Assembly: GCA_040007675.1 (NCBI GenBank)
Contig: JBDTUO010000001.1
Location: 1-40,842, forward strand
Direction of reading: 5' to 3'
Length of the DNA stretch: 40,842 nt
Origin: Rubrivivax sp.
Lineage (GTDB): Bacteria > Pseudomonadota > Gammaproteobacteria > Burkholderiales > Burkholderiaceae_C
This document shows, one piece after another, positions 10,701-18,875 of this stretch. A model generated the notes under the pieces. The model saw nothing but the letters and a program-made list of their open reading frames with translations, was not told the origin of the DNA and made no database searches. The translations under genes and the position numbers were made by a program. Each line of letters opens with the position of its first letter. The stretch's first letter is position 1.

Positions 10701-11271
10701 GCGCGTGCGTTCCGCGGAGCAGCGAGCACGCGCGGGCAGTGAACGCCTGGCCGATACCGTGGCGCGGCAAGCCTACCGCCTGATCGCGCACAAGGATGTC
10801 TACGAGGCCGCACGGCTGCACACCGACCCGTCCTTCCGCGCCATGCTCGACCAGGCGTTCGACGGCGCGTACCAGATACGCTGGCACCTCGCACCACCGG
10901 GTCTGGCGCGCACCGACCCCACAACAGGCGAACCGCGGAAACGCCGCTACGGCGAGTGGATCCGACCCCTCCTGGCCGGACTCGCGCGCCTGCGCTTCCT
11001 GCGCGGCACAGCGCTCGATCCGTTTGGCTACAGCGAGGAGGCCCGGCTCGCGCGCGGCTTGCGCGACGAGTACCTGGCCACCATCGACGCGATGTTGCCG
11101 ACGCTGGATACCTACGGAATCGACACCGCGATCGCCATTGCCGAGGCCCCCGCGCGCGTGCGCGGTTTCGGGCCGATCTGGCTGCGCGAGGCACACGCTG
11201 CGCGCGAGCGACTGGCCAGGCTTCGGGCCGGGCGCGCCGGCACTGCCGCAACGGCCGCTGCGTCAGTCTGA
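7768..11271 (+). CDS. Single-chain indolepyruvate:ferredoxin oxidoreductase family protein
   Basis: GYRGSPL, NEDLAAT, FCSGCPHN, GDGTYFHSG...YNDAVAMTGGQ (TPP), CEGCGDC Fe-S motif, GVGGTGVVT and GLAQKGG in the fused beta domain. Confidence 0.92.
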   Translation: MESAVLPDISLADKYRLERGRVYLTGVQALARLPMLQHARDRAAGLNTAGYVTGYRGSPLAGLDSALHQAAAHLAEHHIRFQPGVNEDLAATACWGTQQLHLLPDPQRDGVFAMWYGKGPGVDRCVDVFKHANHAGTAPHGGVLVVAGDDHGARSSAVAHQSEHVFSACAMPVLAPADVQDLLDFGLHGWAMSRYAGCWVAMKTSADTVESSTVVELDPQRVRLVLPTDFVLPAGGVHLRLPDPQAAQERRMQAYKIYAAAAYARANGIDRLVVDPPDARLGIVACGKAWGDLRQALVRLGIGDAEAAALGLRLYKVGMPWPLEAAGARRFARGLQEILVVEEKRQIIEYQIKEMLFEWRDGERPRVVGKFDEGGEWPAPPGQWLLPPTGELDAAIVARAIALRLARLDGSARWRDAVAALDAREAAFAALPPPLLQRTPYFCSGCPHNRSTRVPEGSCALAGVGCHLMAAWMDRGTLTISQMGGEGVAWLGLSGHAGTRHVFANMGDGTYFHSGLLAIRAAVAADVAITYKILYNDAVAMTGGQPLDGQLSVPQLTRQLAAEGVRRIVVLADDLGKYPRNADFAAGVELRPRTALDAVQRELREFPGVTALVYDQTCATEQRRRRKRGALPESTTHVFINEALCEGCGDCAAKSNCLSVVPVATEFGTKRAIDGFSCNQDLSCLEGCCPALVSVEGKRQHRSAPAGTADESALPDPLLPSLDAPWSLLVAGVGGTGVVTIGALLGMAAHLDGLGVTVLDVTGLAQKGGAVLSHIRIARDPAALHAVRIAPGDADALLGADLLVAAAPDTMRRLRRDHARAIVNTAQTITGDFLRDPDLEMPREATLARLRAALGDAAVEALDATRLASLLLGHPIATNMFMLGLAWQRGLVPVSRKALLRAVELNNGAVDDNRRAFAWGRQAACDRTATEAAAAAQEQLPASRRLSASLDERIARRREALVAYHGQTCARDYAALLERVRSAEQRARAGSERLADTVARQAYRLIAHKDVYEAARLHTDPSFRAMLDQAFDGAYQIRWHLAPPGLARTDPTTGEPRKRRYGEWIRPLLAGLARLRFLRGTALDPFGYSEEARLARGLRDEYLATIDAMLPTLDTYGIDTAIAIAEAPARVRGFGPIWLREAHAARERLARLRAGRAGTAATAAASV

Positions 11272-12477
11272 ATGAACGCAGCCATGCGCCTGGTGCGGCG
11301 CTGCGGCGACGCACCCTTGTGGGCCAGCGGGTTCCGCCCCTTCTACCTGCTCGGCGCGCTGTACGCGCCGCTGCTCGCCCTGGGCAGCGTCGGCGTCGCG
11401 CTGGGCTGGGTCGACCTCGCGGGTTCCGGCATCGTGTTGCCGCTGTGGCATGGCCACGAGATGGTGTTCGGCTTCGCCACTGCCATCGTTGTCGGGACTG
11501 TACTGACCGCACTGCCCAGTTGGGCCGGTACTCCCGAATTGCGCAGCGCGCCACTGGTGCTGCTGGCCGGGCTGTGGCTGGTCGGCCGCACCGCCTTCTG
11601 GGCTGCGCCCTGGCTGCCGCGTGGCGTGCCCGCACTGGCCGACCTGCTGCTGCTGCCGACGCTGGTGGCCCTGCTGGCCGCGCCGCTGTGGCGCGGCCAC
11701 AAGCGGGGCTACCGCTGGCTGCTGCCGATCCTGGGCGCGCTGGCGTTCGCCAATGCGCTCTACCACGCGGCCGTGATCCAAGGCGACGATGCCGGTGCCG
11801 CGCTGGCGCTGCGCGCTGCGGTGCTGGCACTGGCCGTGCTGTACACGCTGGTCGGCGGCCTGCTCACGCAGGTCTTCACCACCAACGCCTTGCGCGCGGT
11901 CGGTGAACGCGAACCAGCCGCGCCGCACCGCGCGCTCGAGGCCGTTGCCTTGACCTCATTGCTGCTGCTGACCGCGTGCGAGCTGGCCGATGCACCACGA
12001 CGCTGGACCGCCGCGGTGGCCCTGGCCTGCGCGCTGCTGCACGGCGCGCGCGTGCTGCGCTGGCGCGGCTGGCGCGTCGCGCACGCGCCGCTCTTGGCGG
12101 GCATGCACCTGGGTTTTGCATGGCTGGTGCTGGCCTTCGTGCTCCAGGCGCTGGCCGCAGCCGGTGCTGGTGTAGCCCCGACGGCCTGGCTGCACGCCTT
12201 CACCGTCGGTGCGCTGGGGCTCATGATGCTGGCGCTGATGACGCGCGTGGCCTTGCGCCACACCGGGCGCGCGCTGGAGCCGCCACGCTGGCTGGCGCCC
12301 GCCTGCGCCGCGATGTTCGCGGCCGCCGCACTGCGCCTGGCCGCCGGCGTGCCCGGCTGGAGCACCGTCTCGACGCCGCTCGCAGCCTTGTCGGTGCTGC
12401 TGTGGGCGGCGTGCTTCGGGGGCTTCGCGCTGGCCTTCGCCCCCGCGCTGCTCGCACCGAGCCTGCCGCGCGGCTGA
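11272..12477 (+). CDS. nnrS: NnrS family membrane protein (NO response)
   Basis: GFRPFYL, WHGHEMVFGF, LTALPSW, HAFTVG, MTRVALRHTGR motifs; abuts the upstream stop (TGA-ATG). Confidence 0.88.
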   Translation: MNAAMRLVRRCGDAPLWASGFRPFYLLGALYAPLLALGSVGVALGWVDLAGSGIVLPLWHGHEMVFGFATAIVVGTVLTALPSWAGTPELRSAPLVLLAGLWLVGRTAFWAAPWLPRGVPALADLLLLPTLVALLAAPLWRGHKRGYRWLLPILGALAFANALYHAAVIQGDDAGAALALRAAVLALAVLYTLVGGLLTQVFTTNALRAVGEREPAAPHRALEAVALTSLLLLTACELADAPRRWTAAVALACALLHGARVLRWRGWRVAHAPLLAGMHLGFAWLVLAFVLQALAAAGAGVAPTAWLHAFTVGALGLMMLALMTRVALRHTGRALEPPRWLAPACAAMFAAAALRLAAGVPGWSTVSTPLAALSVLLWAACFGGFALAFAPALLAPSLPRG

Positions 12478-12517
12478 CGGCACTGCGGGCACGAGAAAGG
12501 ACTCCCCGAATTCGTCG

Positions 12518-13993
12518 CTATTCGGATTGCGTCTTTGTTGCCAGCAATTCGTTGAATTTCTCCAGATCGTTGCGAAGCCCGGCATAGATCTGCGGCTTGT
12601 GCTTGCGCAGGTAGATGGCATAGACGATGCCGCCCACCAGCGCTGCCAGCAACAGCAGCGGCAGCAGATTCACCAGCAGCGCCTCCGAGCCCGCAATGAC
12701 GGAGAAGTTCAGGATCGCCATGACCGCGATGCCGAGCAGTCCCAGCGCACCGATGCCGGGGGCGACGAAGGTGCGCCACCACCGAGGGTCGCGGGTGCGG
12801 CGGAAGTGCACGACGATCGACAGCGCGGTCAGCAATTGCAGGACCAGGATGCACAGCGTGCCAAAGCCCAGCATGCCGGGCACGAGCGATGCGATCGGGT
12901 CCAGCCCCAGCACGGCGAAGACCCCTGCCACGCTCGCCGCGAACAGCGCCTGCACGATGGCCGCGGTTTGTGGAACCCCGTTCCCGGTCGTGCGCGCCAG
13001 GGCGAACGGCAGGATGCGCGCGCGGCCGAGCGAAAACAGGTAGCGGGTGGCCGAGTTGTGGAACGCGAGCATCGCGGCAAACAGGCTGACGAGCAGCAGG
13101 ATCATCATGAGGTCGGTCAGTGCGCTGCCCAGATAGGTGTTCGAGAGGCTGAAGATCAGGTCGCCGCTTTCCAGGTGCTCGAGGCCCACGTTCTGGGCCT
13201 GGGCGACGCCGGTGGCGCTGACGACGGCCCAGGTGGTCAGGCCGAGGATGAGTCCGATCACGCAGATGGACGCATAGGTGGCGCGCGGAATGGTCCGCAG
13301 CGGGTTCTTGGCCTCTTCACTGAAGAGCGACGTGGCCTCGAAGCCGAGGAAGCCGGTGGCGGCCAGCAGGAGTCCGATCCCGATCGAGCCCGAGAAGATG
13401 AACTCCGGTGCGAAGGCGTCGAGACTGAAGCCGTGCTTGGTGAAGACAGCGGCATCGAAGAGCAGCAGGATCAGGGTCTCGAGGATCAGCGAAGCGCCGA
13501 GCACCTTGGCGCTGAATCCGATGCCCTGCCTGGCCAGCACGAAGGAGGCGACGATCGAGATCAGGCCCCAAGCGTACCAGTGCAGATCGAATCCGGTGAG
13601 CTGCGCGACGACGGTCTGCGTGAAGAAGCCACTCGTGCCGATGGTGCCGGCGACGAAGAAGTTATAGCCCATGGTGGCGATGAAGCCGGCAACCAGCCCT
13701 CCGCTGCGGCCCAGGCCCTTGACTACGAAGGCGTAGAACCCGCCCGCATTCACCAACTGCCGTGACATCTGTGCGTAGCCGACGGCGAAGAACAGCAAGA
13801 TGATGGCAACGATGATGAACGACGCCGCCGCGCCTCCCCCGTTGCCCAGGGCGATAGCGAGTGACGCGACGACGACGATGCCCGTCAACGGGGCGACGGC
13901 GGCAAGAACGAGAAAGACGACGCCGGGCACACCGAGGGCATTCCTTTCCAGTTGACCGGCGGTGAAGTATCCGGGTCGATCCTCTGTGCTCAC
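12518..13993 (-). CDS. APC-family amino acid/amine permease
   Basis: 491 aa, about 12 hydrophobic segments; NAGGFYAFV, FLGFEATSLFSEEAKNP; AAAGGA RBS before the GTG start. Confidence 0.88.
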   Translation of the reverse strand: MSTEDRPGYFTAGQLERNALGVPGVVFLVLAAVAPLTGIVVVASLAIALGNGGGAAASFIIVAIILLFFAVGYAQMSRQLVNAGGFYAFVVKGLGRSGGLVAGFIATMGYNFFVAGTIGTSGFFTQTVVAQLTGFDLHWYAWGLISIVASFVLARQGIGFSAKVLGASLILETLILLLFDAAVFTKHGFSLDAFAPEFIFSGSIGIGLLLAATGFLGFEATSLFSEEAKNPLRTIPRATYASICVIGLILGLTTWAVVSATGVAQAQNVGLEHLESGDLIFSLSNTYLGSALTDLMMILLLVSLFAAMLAFHNSATRYLFSLGRARILPFALARTTGNGVPQTAAIVQALFAASVAGVFAVLGLDPIASLVPGMLGFGTLCILVLQLLTALSIVVHFRRTRDPRWWRTFVAPGIGALGLLGIAVMAILNFSVIAGSEALLVNLLPLLLLAALVGGIVYAIYLRKHKPQIYAGLRNDLEKFNELLATKTQSE

Positions 13994-14053
13994 GATGTTC
14001 CTTTCGTCTCGGAGAGTCCGCGGTCTTCGCCGCGTGATGGATTCTTTGTCGAA

Positions 14054-14743
14054 TCAGCCGGTCCGCGGTGGGCCGGCCATGGATGCCTCGGCGGGGGGCA
14101 GACCGAGCAGTTGCAGCGCGTGGTGATACGAGGCCTGCGGCTGCACGACGTCGAAGTGCACGACCTGCATGCCGAAGCTTCGCGCGCCGTCGACGTTGCG
14201 CCGCTGGTCGTCGACGAAGACACAGTCGGCCGCAGCGATGCCGAGACCCTCGGTGATTGCCGCGTAGGCGCGCGGATCGGGTTTGAGAATGCCGGTGTAG
14301 GTGGCGTCGACGATCAGCTCGAACAGCGCCAGCAAGGGCAGTTCTTCGCGCATCGCGGCGCCGTAGAACATGTCGAGCTCGTTGGACAACAGGGCCACGC
14401 GCTTGCCGGCGGCCCGAGCGGCGTGGACCGCGTGCTCTGCCTGCGGGCGGATCATCGCCTGCACGTCGGCGCCGCGTGCGCGTCTGACGAAGGTCTCCAT
14501 CCGGTCCCAATCTTCGCCGAGCAGACAGCCGACTTCGTGGGTGCGTGCCATCCAGTAGTCGCGCTCGCTGATGCGGTCGGCCTGCATCTCGCGCCACAGC
14601 GGGTCGTGCGCAGGGTCGAACGGGCCCCGCCACGTCAGGGTGCCGGGCGCCAATCCGAGCGCACGCTCGGTCTGGGCATGCGTCTCGAACAGGGTGCGGG
14701 TGACGACACCGCCGAAGTCGAGCACCAGGGCCTGGGCGCTCAT
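14054..14743 (-). CDS. HAD-superfamily hydrolase (subfamily IA-like)
   Basis: LVLDFGGV (motif I), LLSN, KPDPRAY, CVFVDD. Confidence 0.85.
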   Translation of the reverse strand: MSAQALVLDFGGVVTRTLFETHAQTERALGLAPGTLTWRGPFDPAHDPLWREMQADRISERDYWMARTHEVGCLLGEDWDRMETFVRRARGADVQAMIRPQAEHAVHAARAAGKRVALLSNELDMFYGAAMREELPLLALFELIVDATYTGILKPDPRAYAAITEGLGIAAADCVFVDDQRRNVDGARSFGMQVVHFDVVQPQASYHHALQLLGLPPAEASMAGPPRTG

Positions 14744-14753
14744 CTCGGTGGAC

Positions 14754-16007
14754 TCACTGGAGCTCGGCCGCTTCGGGCGCGGCGATCAGACCCTCGGCCA
14801 CCCAGCGGTCGAACACCTGCAGCACCGCCGCGGCGAATGCCGCATCGTTGATGTGCGCGTCCAGCTCGATCAGTTGCGTGCCGGTGCCCACCGCAGTGCG
14901 CAGTTCGTCGACCAGCGCACCCAGGCCTTCGGGATCGTGCAGCGGCTGGCCAGCACGATCCCAGCCTTCGACGCCCTGCGTGGGCACCAGGAGCACGGTC
15001 GGTCCGGTCGCCTGGCTCAGACGCGCACCGATGGCACGGGCGACGCTGCGGCGCATCGGCGGGTCGATGCAGACCGAGGCGATGAGCCGGTTGTGGGTGT
15101 GCGCGGCGCGGCCCTGGAAGCGCTCCGGCAGCCCGGACCAGGCCGCGTAGTCGATCATGTCGGTGGCTCCCGGGGCCACGATTTGCGGCACGCCGGCGCG
15201 TCCGGCACCCAGAAGGCGGTCGGCGCCGGCGGTGACACAGGAGCCTCCGAGGTGGTTGACGAGTTCCTGCAGACACAGGTCCATCACGGCGACGAAGCGG
15301 CCTTGTGCCGCCAGCGTTTCGAAGGCGCGGCCGCCCATGCCGGTGGTGTGGAACACAGCGACCTCGAAACCGCGCCGCTCGAGTTCGGGCTTGAGCAGCT
15401 TCATGTAGCCGAGCACGCTCGATCCGAGCGAGGTCATGCCCACCATCGGACGCCCCGGGAGGGGCGCGATCACGCTGCGGCACGCACCGAGCACAGCACC
15501 GGCGGCCTGCGACAGCGCCGAGCGGCACAGGCTGTTCAAGCCATACAGGCCGCCGACCCACAGCACCATGATCAGATCGGGCGCGATGCGTTCGGAGGGC
15601 AGCAGATGCGAATATGCGATTGTCGACAGCACCACCTTCGGAAACCCCAGCGGCAGCGCGCTGGTGACATCGAGCGCGAGGTCGGTGCCCATCGTTCCGC
15701 CGAGCGCCAGCACGCCGGCGATGCGCCCCTGGCCCTGCAGCTTCGCGGCCAGCAGCGCGGCGCCGCAAGCCATCGTGCGCATCGCGCTGTTCTCGTCGCC
15801 AGACGCCGCGGCCTGCTCCAGCGTCATCCCGGCGGCGGCGGCAACCTCGGTGTTCGTGATGTCGGCGCGGCAGCCGCCGCGCCCGAGCACACCGACATCC
15901 ATCACCAGCGCATGCCCGCCGGCCTGCCCGATGCACCGGCTCAGGAAGGCGATCTCGTCACTCTTGGTGTCGACGGTGCCGATAAGCAGGATCGTCGGAT
16001 TTTCCAT
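14754..16007 (-). CDS. Tm-1-like ATP-binding domain protein (UPF0261 family)
   Basis: ILLIGTVDTKSDE, GGTMGT, LPLGFPKVVLST, GLNS, FHTTGMGGRAFE, PQIVAPGATDM, HIND. Confidence 0.85.
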   Translation of the reverse strand: MENPTILLIGTVDTKSDEIAFLSRCIGQAGGHALVMDVGVLGRGGCRADITNTEVAAAAGMTLEQAAASGDENSAMRTMACGAALLAAKLQGQGRIAGVLALGGTMGTDLALDVTSALPLGFPKVVLSTIAYSHLLPSERIAPDLIMVLWVGGLYGLNSLCRSALSQAAGAVLGACRSVIAPLPGRPMVGMTSLGSSVLGYMKLLKPELERRGFEVAVFHTTGMGGRAFETLAAQGRFVAVMDLCLQELVNHLGGSCVTAGADRLLGAGRAGVPQIVAPGATDMIDYAAWSGLPERFQGRAAHTHNRLIASVCIDPPMRRSVARAIGARLSQATGPTVLLVPTQGVEGWDRAGQPLHDPEGLGALVDELRTAVGTGTQLIELDAHINDAAFAAAVLQVFDRWVAEGLIAAPEAAELQ

Positions 16008-16029
16008 TGCAGATGACCTGGCGCCGGTT

Positions 16030-17394
16030 TCAGAGCGTGGTCTCGACCGCGGCGAACGACGCATCGAGGATGTCGACGAGGTGGTCGATCTCTTCGCGCG
16101 TGATGATCAGCGGTGGCGACAGGATCATGTTGGGCCCCGAGATGCGAACCATCGCCCCGCGCTGGTAGGCCTCGCGCGCGACGCGTTGCGGGATGTCGCT
16201 GCTGCGCGTCAGCGACGCGCGCGAGGCCTTGTCCGACACCATCTCGATGCCGCTCATCAGCCCCTGGCCGCGGACGTCGCCGACGAAGCTGAACCGGTCC
16301 GCAAAGTCGGCCAGCCGGGCCTGCAGGTGCGCGCCGACACGCGCCGCGTTGCCCGCGATGTCCTGCGACTCGAGCACGTCGAGCGTGGCCAGAGCCGCCG
16401 CCGCGGCCACCGGGTGGCCGCTGTAGGTGTAGCCGTGGGCGATGGTGCCGGCGTTGCCGCTGTCGGCGAGAAAGGCGTCGGCAACCTTGTGGCTCAGGGC
16501 GGTCGCACCGAGCGGCACGTACCCCGACGAGATGCCCTTTGCCAGGCACCAGATGTCGGCCTTCACGCCCCACAGCCGGGTGCCGAAAAGGGCGCCGCTG
16601 CGGCCGAAACCGGTCACGACCTCGTCGGCGATCAACAGCACGTCGTTGCGGTCGCAGACCTCGCGCACCAGCGGCCAGTAGGCGGCCGGCGGCACGATCA
16701 CGCCGGCCGAACCCTGGATTGGTTCGGCGATGAACGCGGCCACGGTGTCGGCGCCCTGGAACTGGATCTCGCGCTCGAGCAAGTTGGCGCAGATGCGGGC
16801 CAGTTCCTCGGGGTCCTGGCTGAACGGGTTGTGGTACAGCCACGGGGTGTCGACGTGGAAACAACCCGGCATCAGCGGCTCGTAGGCACGCCGGATGTTG
16901 CCCAGACCGTTGACCGACATGCCGCCGAAATGCACCCCGTGGTAGCCCTGCTTCAGGCTGATGTACTTGCTGCGCTCGGCCTGCCCCCGGAGCTTCCAGT
17001 ACTGGCGCGCAATCTTCAGCGCCCCTTCGACCGCATCGCTGCCGCCGTTGCCGAACATCACCGAGGCGACGCCGTCCTCGGTCATCATGCCGACCAGGCG
17101 GGCCGACAGTTCGATCGCACGCGGGTGGCTGGTGCCGCGGAAGGTGTTGTAGAAGGGAAGCTCGTCGAGCTGGGCGACGATGGCGTCGCGCACCGCCCGG
17201 TTGCTGTGGCCGAGGTTGCTGCTCCACAGGCCGGCGACACCGTCGAGCATCTTGTGGCCGTCGATGTCCCACACCCAGCAACCTTCGCCGCGGACGATGA
17301 TGTCCGGACGGTTCTGCTGCATCGCCCGCGGATGCGCCATCGGGTGGAACAGGAAACGTGCGTTGTCCTGCTTGAGCTGTTCGACATTCGACAT
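16030..17394 (-). CDS. Class III PLP-dependent (omega) aminotransferase
   Basis: GSDAVE, YHG, AEPIQGSAG, DEVVTGFGR, AKG (PLP lysine), HGYTYSGHP. Confidence 0.92.
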   Translation of the reverse strand: MSNVEQLKQDNARFLFHPMAHPRAMQQNRPDIIVRGEGCWVWDIDGHKMLDGVAGLWSSNLGHSNRAVRDAIVAQLDELPFYNTFRGTSHPRAIELSARLVGMMTEDGVASVMFGNGGSDAVEGALKIARQYWKLRGQAERSKYISLKQGYHGVHFGGMSVNGLGNIRRAYEPLMPGCFHVDTPWLYHNPFSQDPEELARICANLLEREIQFQGADTVAAFIAEPIQGSAGVIVPPAAYWPLVREVCDRNDVLLIADEVVTGFGRSGALFGTRLWGVKADIWCLAKGISSGYVPLGATALSHKVADAFLADSGNAGTIAHGYTYSGHPVAAAAALATLDVLESQDIAGNAARVGAHLQARLADFADRFSFVGDVRGQGLMSGIEMVSDKASRASLTRSSDIPQRVAREAYQRGAMVRISGPNMILSPPLIITREEIDHLVDILDASFAAVETTL

Positions 17395-17413
17395 CGCTGT
17401 CCTTGCGCGGGTC

Positions 17414-18856
17414 TCAGGCGGGCACGCCCACCGTCACGGTTTTGACTTCGGTGTAGTGCAGCAGGCCTTCGGCACCCATCTCCTGGCCGACGCCGCTCTC
17501 CTTCCAGCCGCCGAAGGGCAATTCGGGCTGCGACACGCCGAAAGTGTTGATGCCGACCATGCCGGCCTCGAGCTCCTCGCCCAGGCGATGCGCGGTCTGC
17601 AGGTCGCGCGTGAAGGCGTAGGCGCCCAGCGCATAGGGCAGCGCGTTGGCGCGCACGATGGCCTCGTCGAGGCTGTCGAAGGGTTCGATCACGGCGATCG
17701 GCCCGAAAGGTTCGCTGCGCTGCACCAGGCTGTCGGCGGGCGCGTCGGCGAGCACGGTGGGTTCGAAGAAGTAGCCGGGCCGATCGACGCGGTGGCCGCC
17801 GCACAGCAGCCGCGCGCCGCGGTCGACGGCGTCGTCGACAAAACGCTCCATCTCTTCAATGCGACGGCTGTGGATCAGCGGGCCCATCTCGGTCTGGGGA
17901 TCGAGCCCCGGCCCCAGGCGCAGCGCCTGCGCGCTGGCGCTGAACTGCGCCGCCCATGCCGCATACAGGCTGCGGTGCACGTAGAAGCGGATCGGCGAGG
18001 CACAGACCTGACCCGCGTTGCGGAACTTGGCTGCCAGCGCGTTCTTCAGCGCGAAGCCCGCGTCGGCATCGGCGCAGACGATCACCGGCGCGTGGCCGCC
18101 GAGCTCGCCGGTGAAGCGCTTGATCCGCTCCGCGCACATCTGACCGAGCTGCTTGCCGACTGCCACCGAGCCTGTGAATGAGGCCTTGCGGATCGCAGCG
18201 TGATCGATCAACGTCGCCGAGACCTGTTCAGGCACGCCGCAGACCATGTTCAGCGCCTCGGGCGTCACGCCGGCATCGAGAAAGGCGCGCACCACCAGCA
18301 TGCAGCTCGCCGGCGTTTCTTCGGCCGGTTTGATGACGACGCTGCAGCCCGCTGCCAGGGCACTGCCGAGCTTGCGTGACGGCAGGTTGACCGGGAAGTT
18401 CCAGGGCGTGAACGCGGCCACCGGGCCGATCGGCTGGCGAATCACGGCCTGCGACAGGATTCCCGGCACCCGCGGCGGCACCAGCCGGCCGTAGAGGCGT
18501 TTCGCCTCCTCGGCCTGGAAATCGATGATGTCGGCCGACAGCGTCACCTCGCGCAACGCCTCGGCCAGCGGCTTGCCCTGCTCGAGGGTCAGGACCTGCG
18601 CGATGGCCGGCGCACGCTCGCGCAGCAGCGCGGCGGCCTGGCGCACGATCAGATAACGCTCGTGCGCCGACTTCCGGCGCCAGATCACGAAGCCGCGCGC
18701 GGCAGCCTCGGCAGCCTCGTTCAGCTCCCGGGCGCCAGCCAGCGGAAGGGTTCCCAGCGGCGATGCGTCCGCCGGATTGACCACGCTGCATTCGCCCCCC
18801 GACGCGCGGCGCAGCCATTGGCCAGCGACATGAAGTGCGAGTTCGGGGTAGCCCAT
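17414..18856 (-). CDS. NAD(P)-dependent aldehyde dehydrogenase (SSADH/KGSADH-like)
   Basis: TPWNFP, KPAEETP, FTGS, ELGGHAP, NAGQVC, EPFGP, PFGGWKESG. Confidence 0.92.
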   Translation of the reverse strand: MGYPELALHVAGQWLRRASGGECSVVNPADASPLGTLPLAGARELNEAAEAAARGFVIWRRKSAHERYLIVRQAAALLRERAPAIAQVLTLEQGKPLAEALREVTLSADIIDFQAEEAKRLYGRLVPPRVPGILSQAVIRQPIGPVAAFTPWNFPVNLPSRKLGSALAAGCSVVIKPAEETPASCMLVVRAFLDAGVTPEALNMVCGVPEQVSATLIDHAAIRKASFTGSVAVGKQLGQMCAERIKRFTGELGGHAPVIVCADADAGFALKNALAAKFRNAGQVCASPIRFYVHRSLYAAWAAQFSASAQALRLGPGLDPQTEMGPLIHSRRIEEMERFVDDAVDRGARLLCGGHRVDRPGYFFEPTVLADAPADSLVQRSEPFGPIAVIEPFDSLDEAIVRANALPYALGAYAFTRDLQTAHRLGEELEAGMVGINTFGVSQPELPFGGWKESGVGQEMGAEGLLHYTEVKTVTVGVPA

Positions 18857-18875
18857 GCGTGCCCAGCAATCCAGT

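Noticed and set aside
6388-11196. 1602-aa minus-strand ORF
   Set aside because: Antisense shadow of dctM and IOR in high-GC DNA; no recognisable motifs, while the plus-strand genes have clear signatures.
14754-16007. Tm-1-like gene as an antiviral defence system
   Set aside because: Plant Tm-1 is antiviral, but here the gene is tightly embedded among catabolic enzymes and transporters with no defence-type neighbours, so a metabolic role is more parsimonious.
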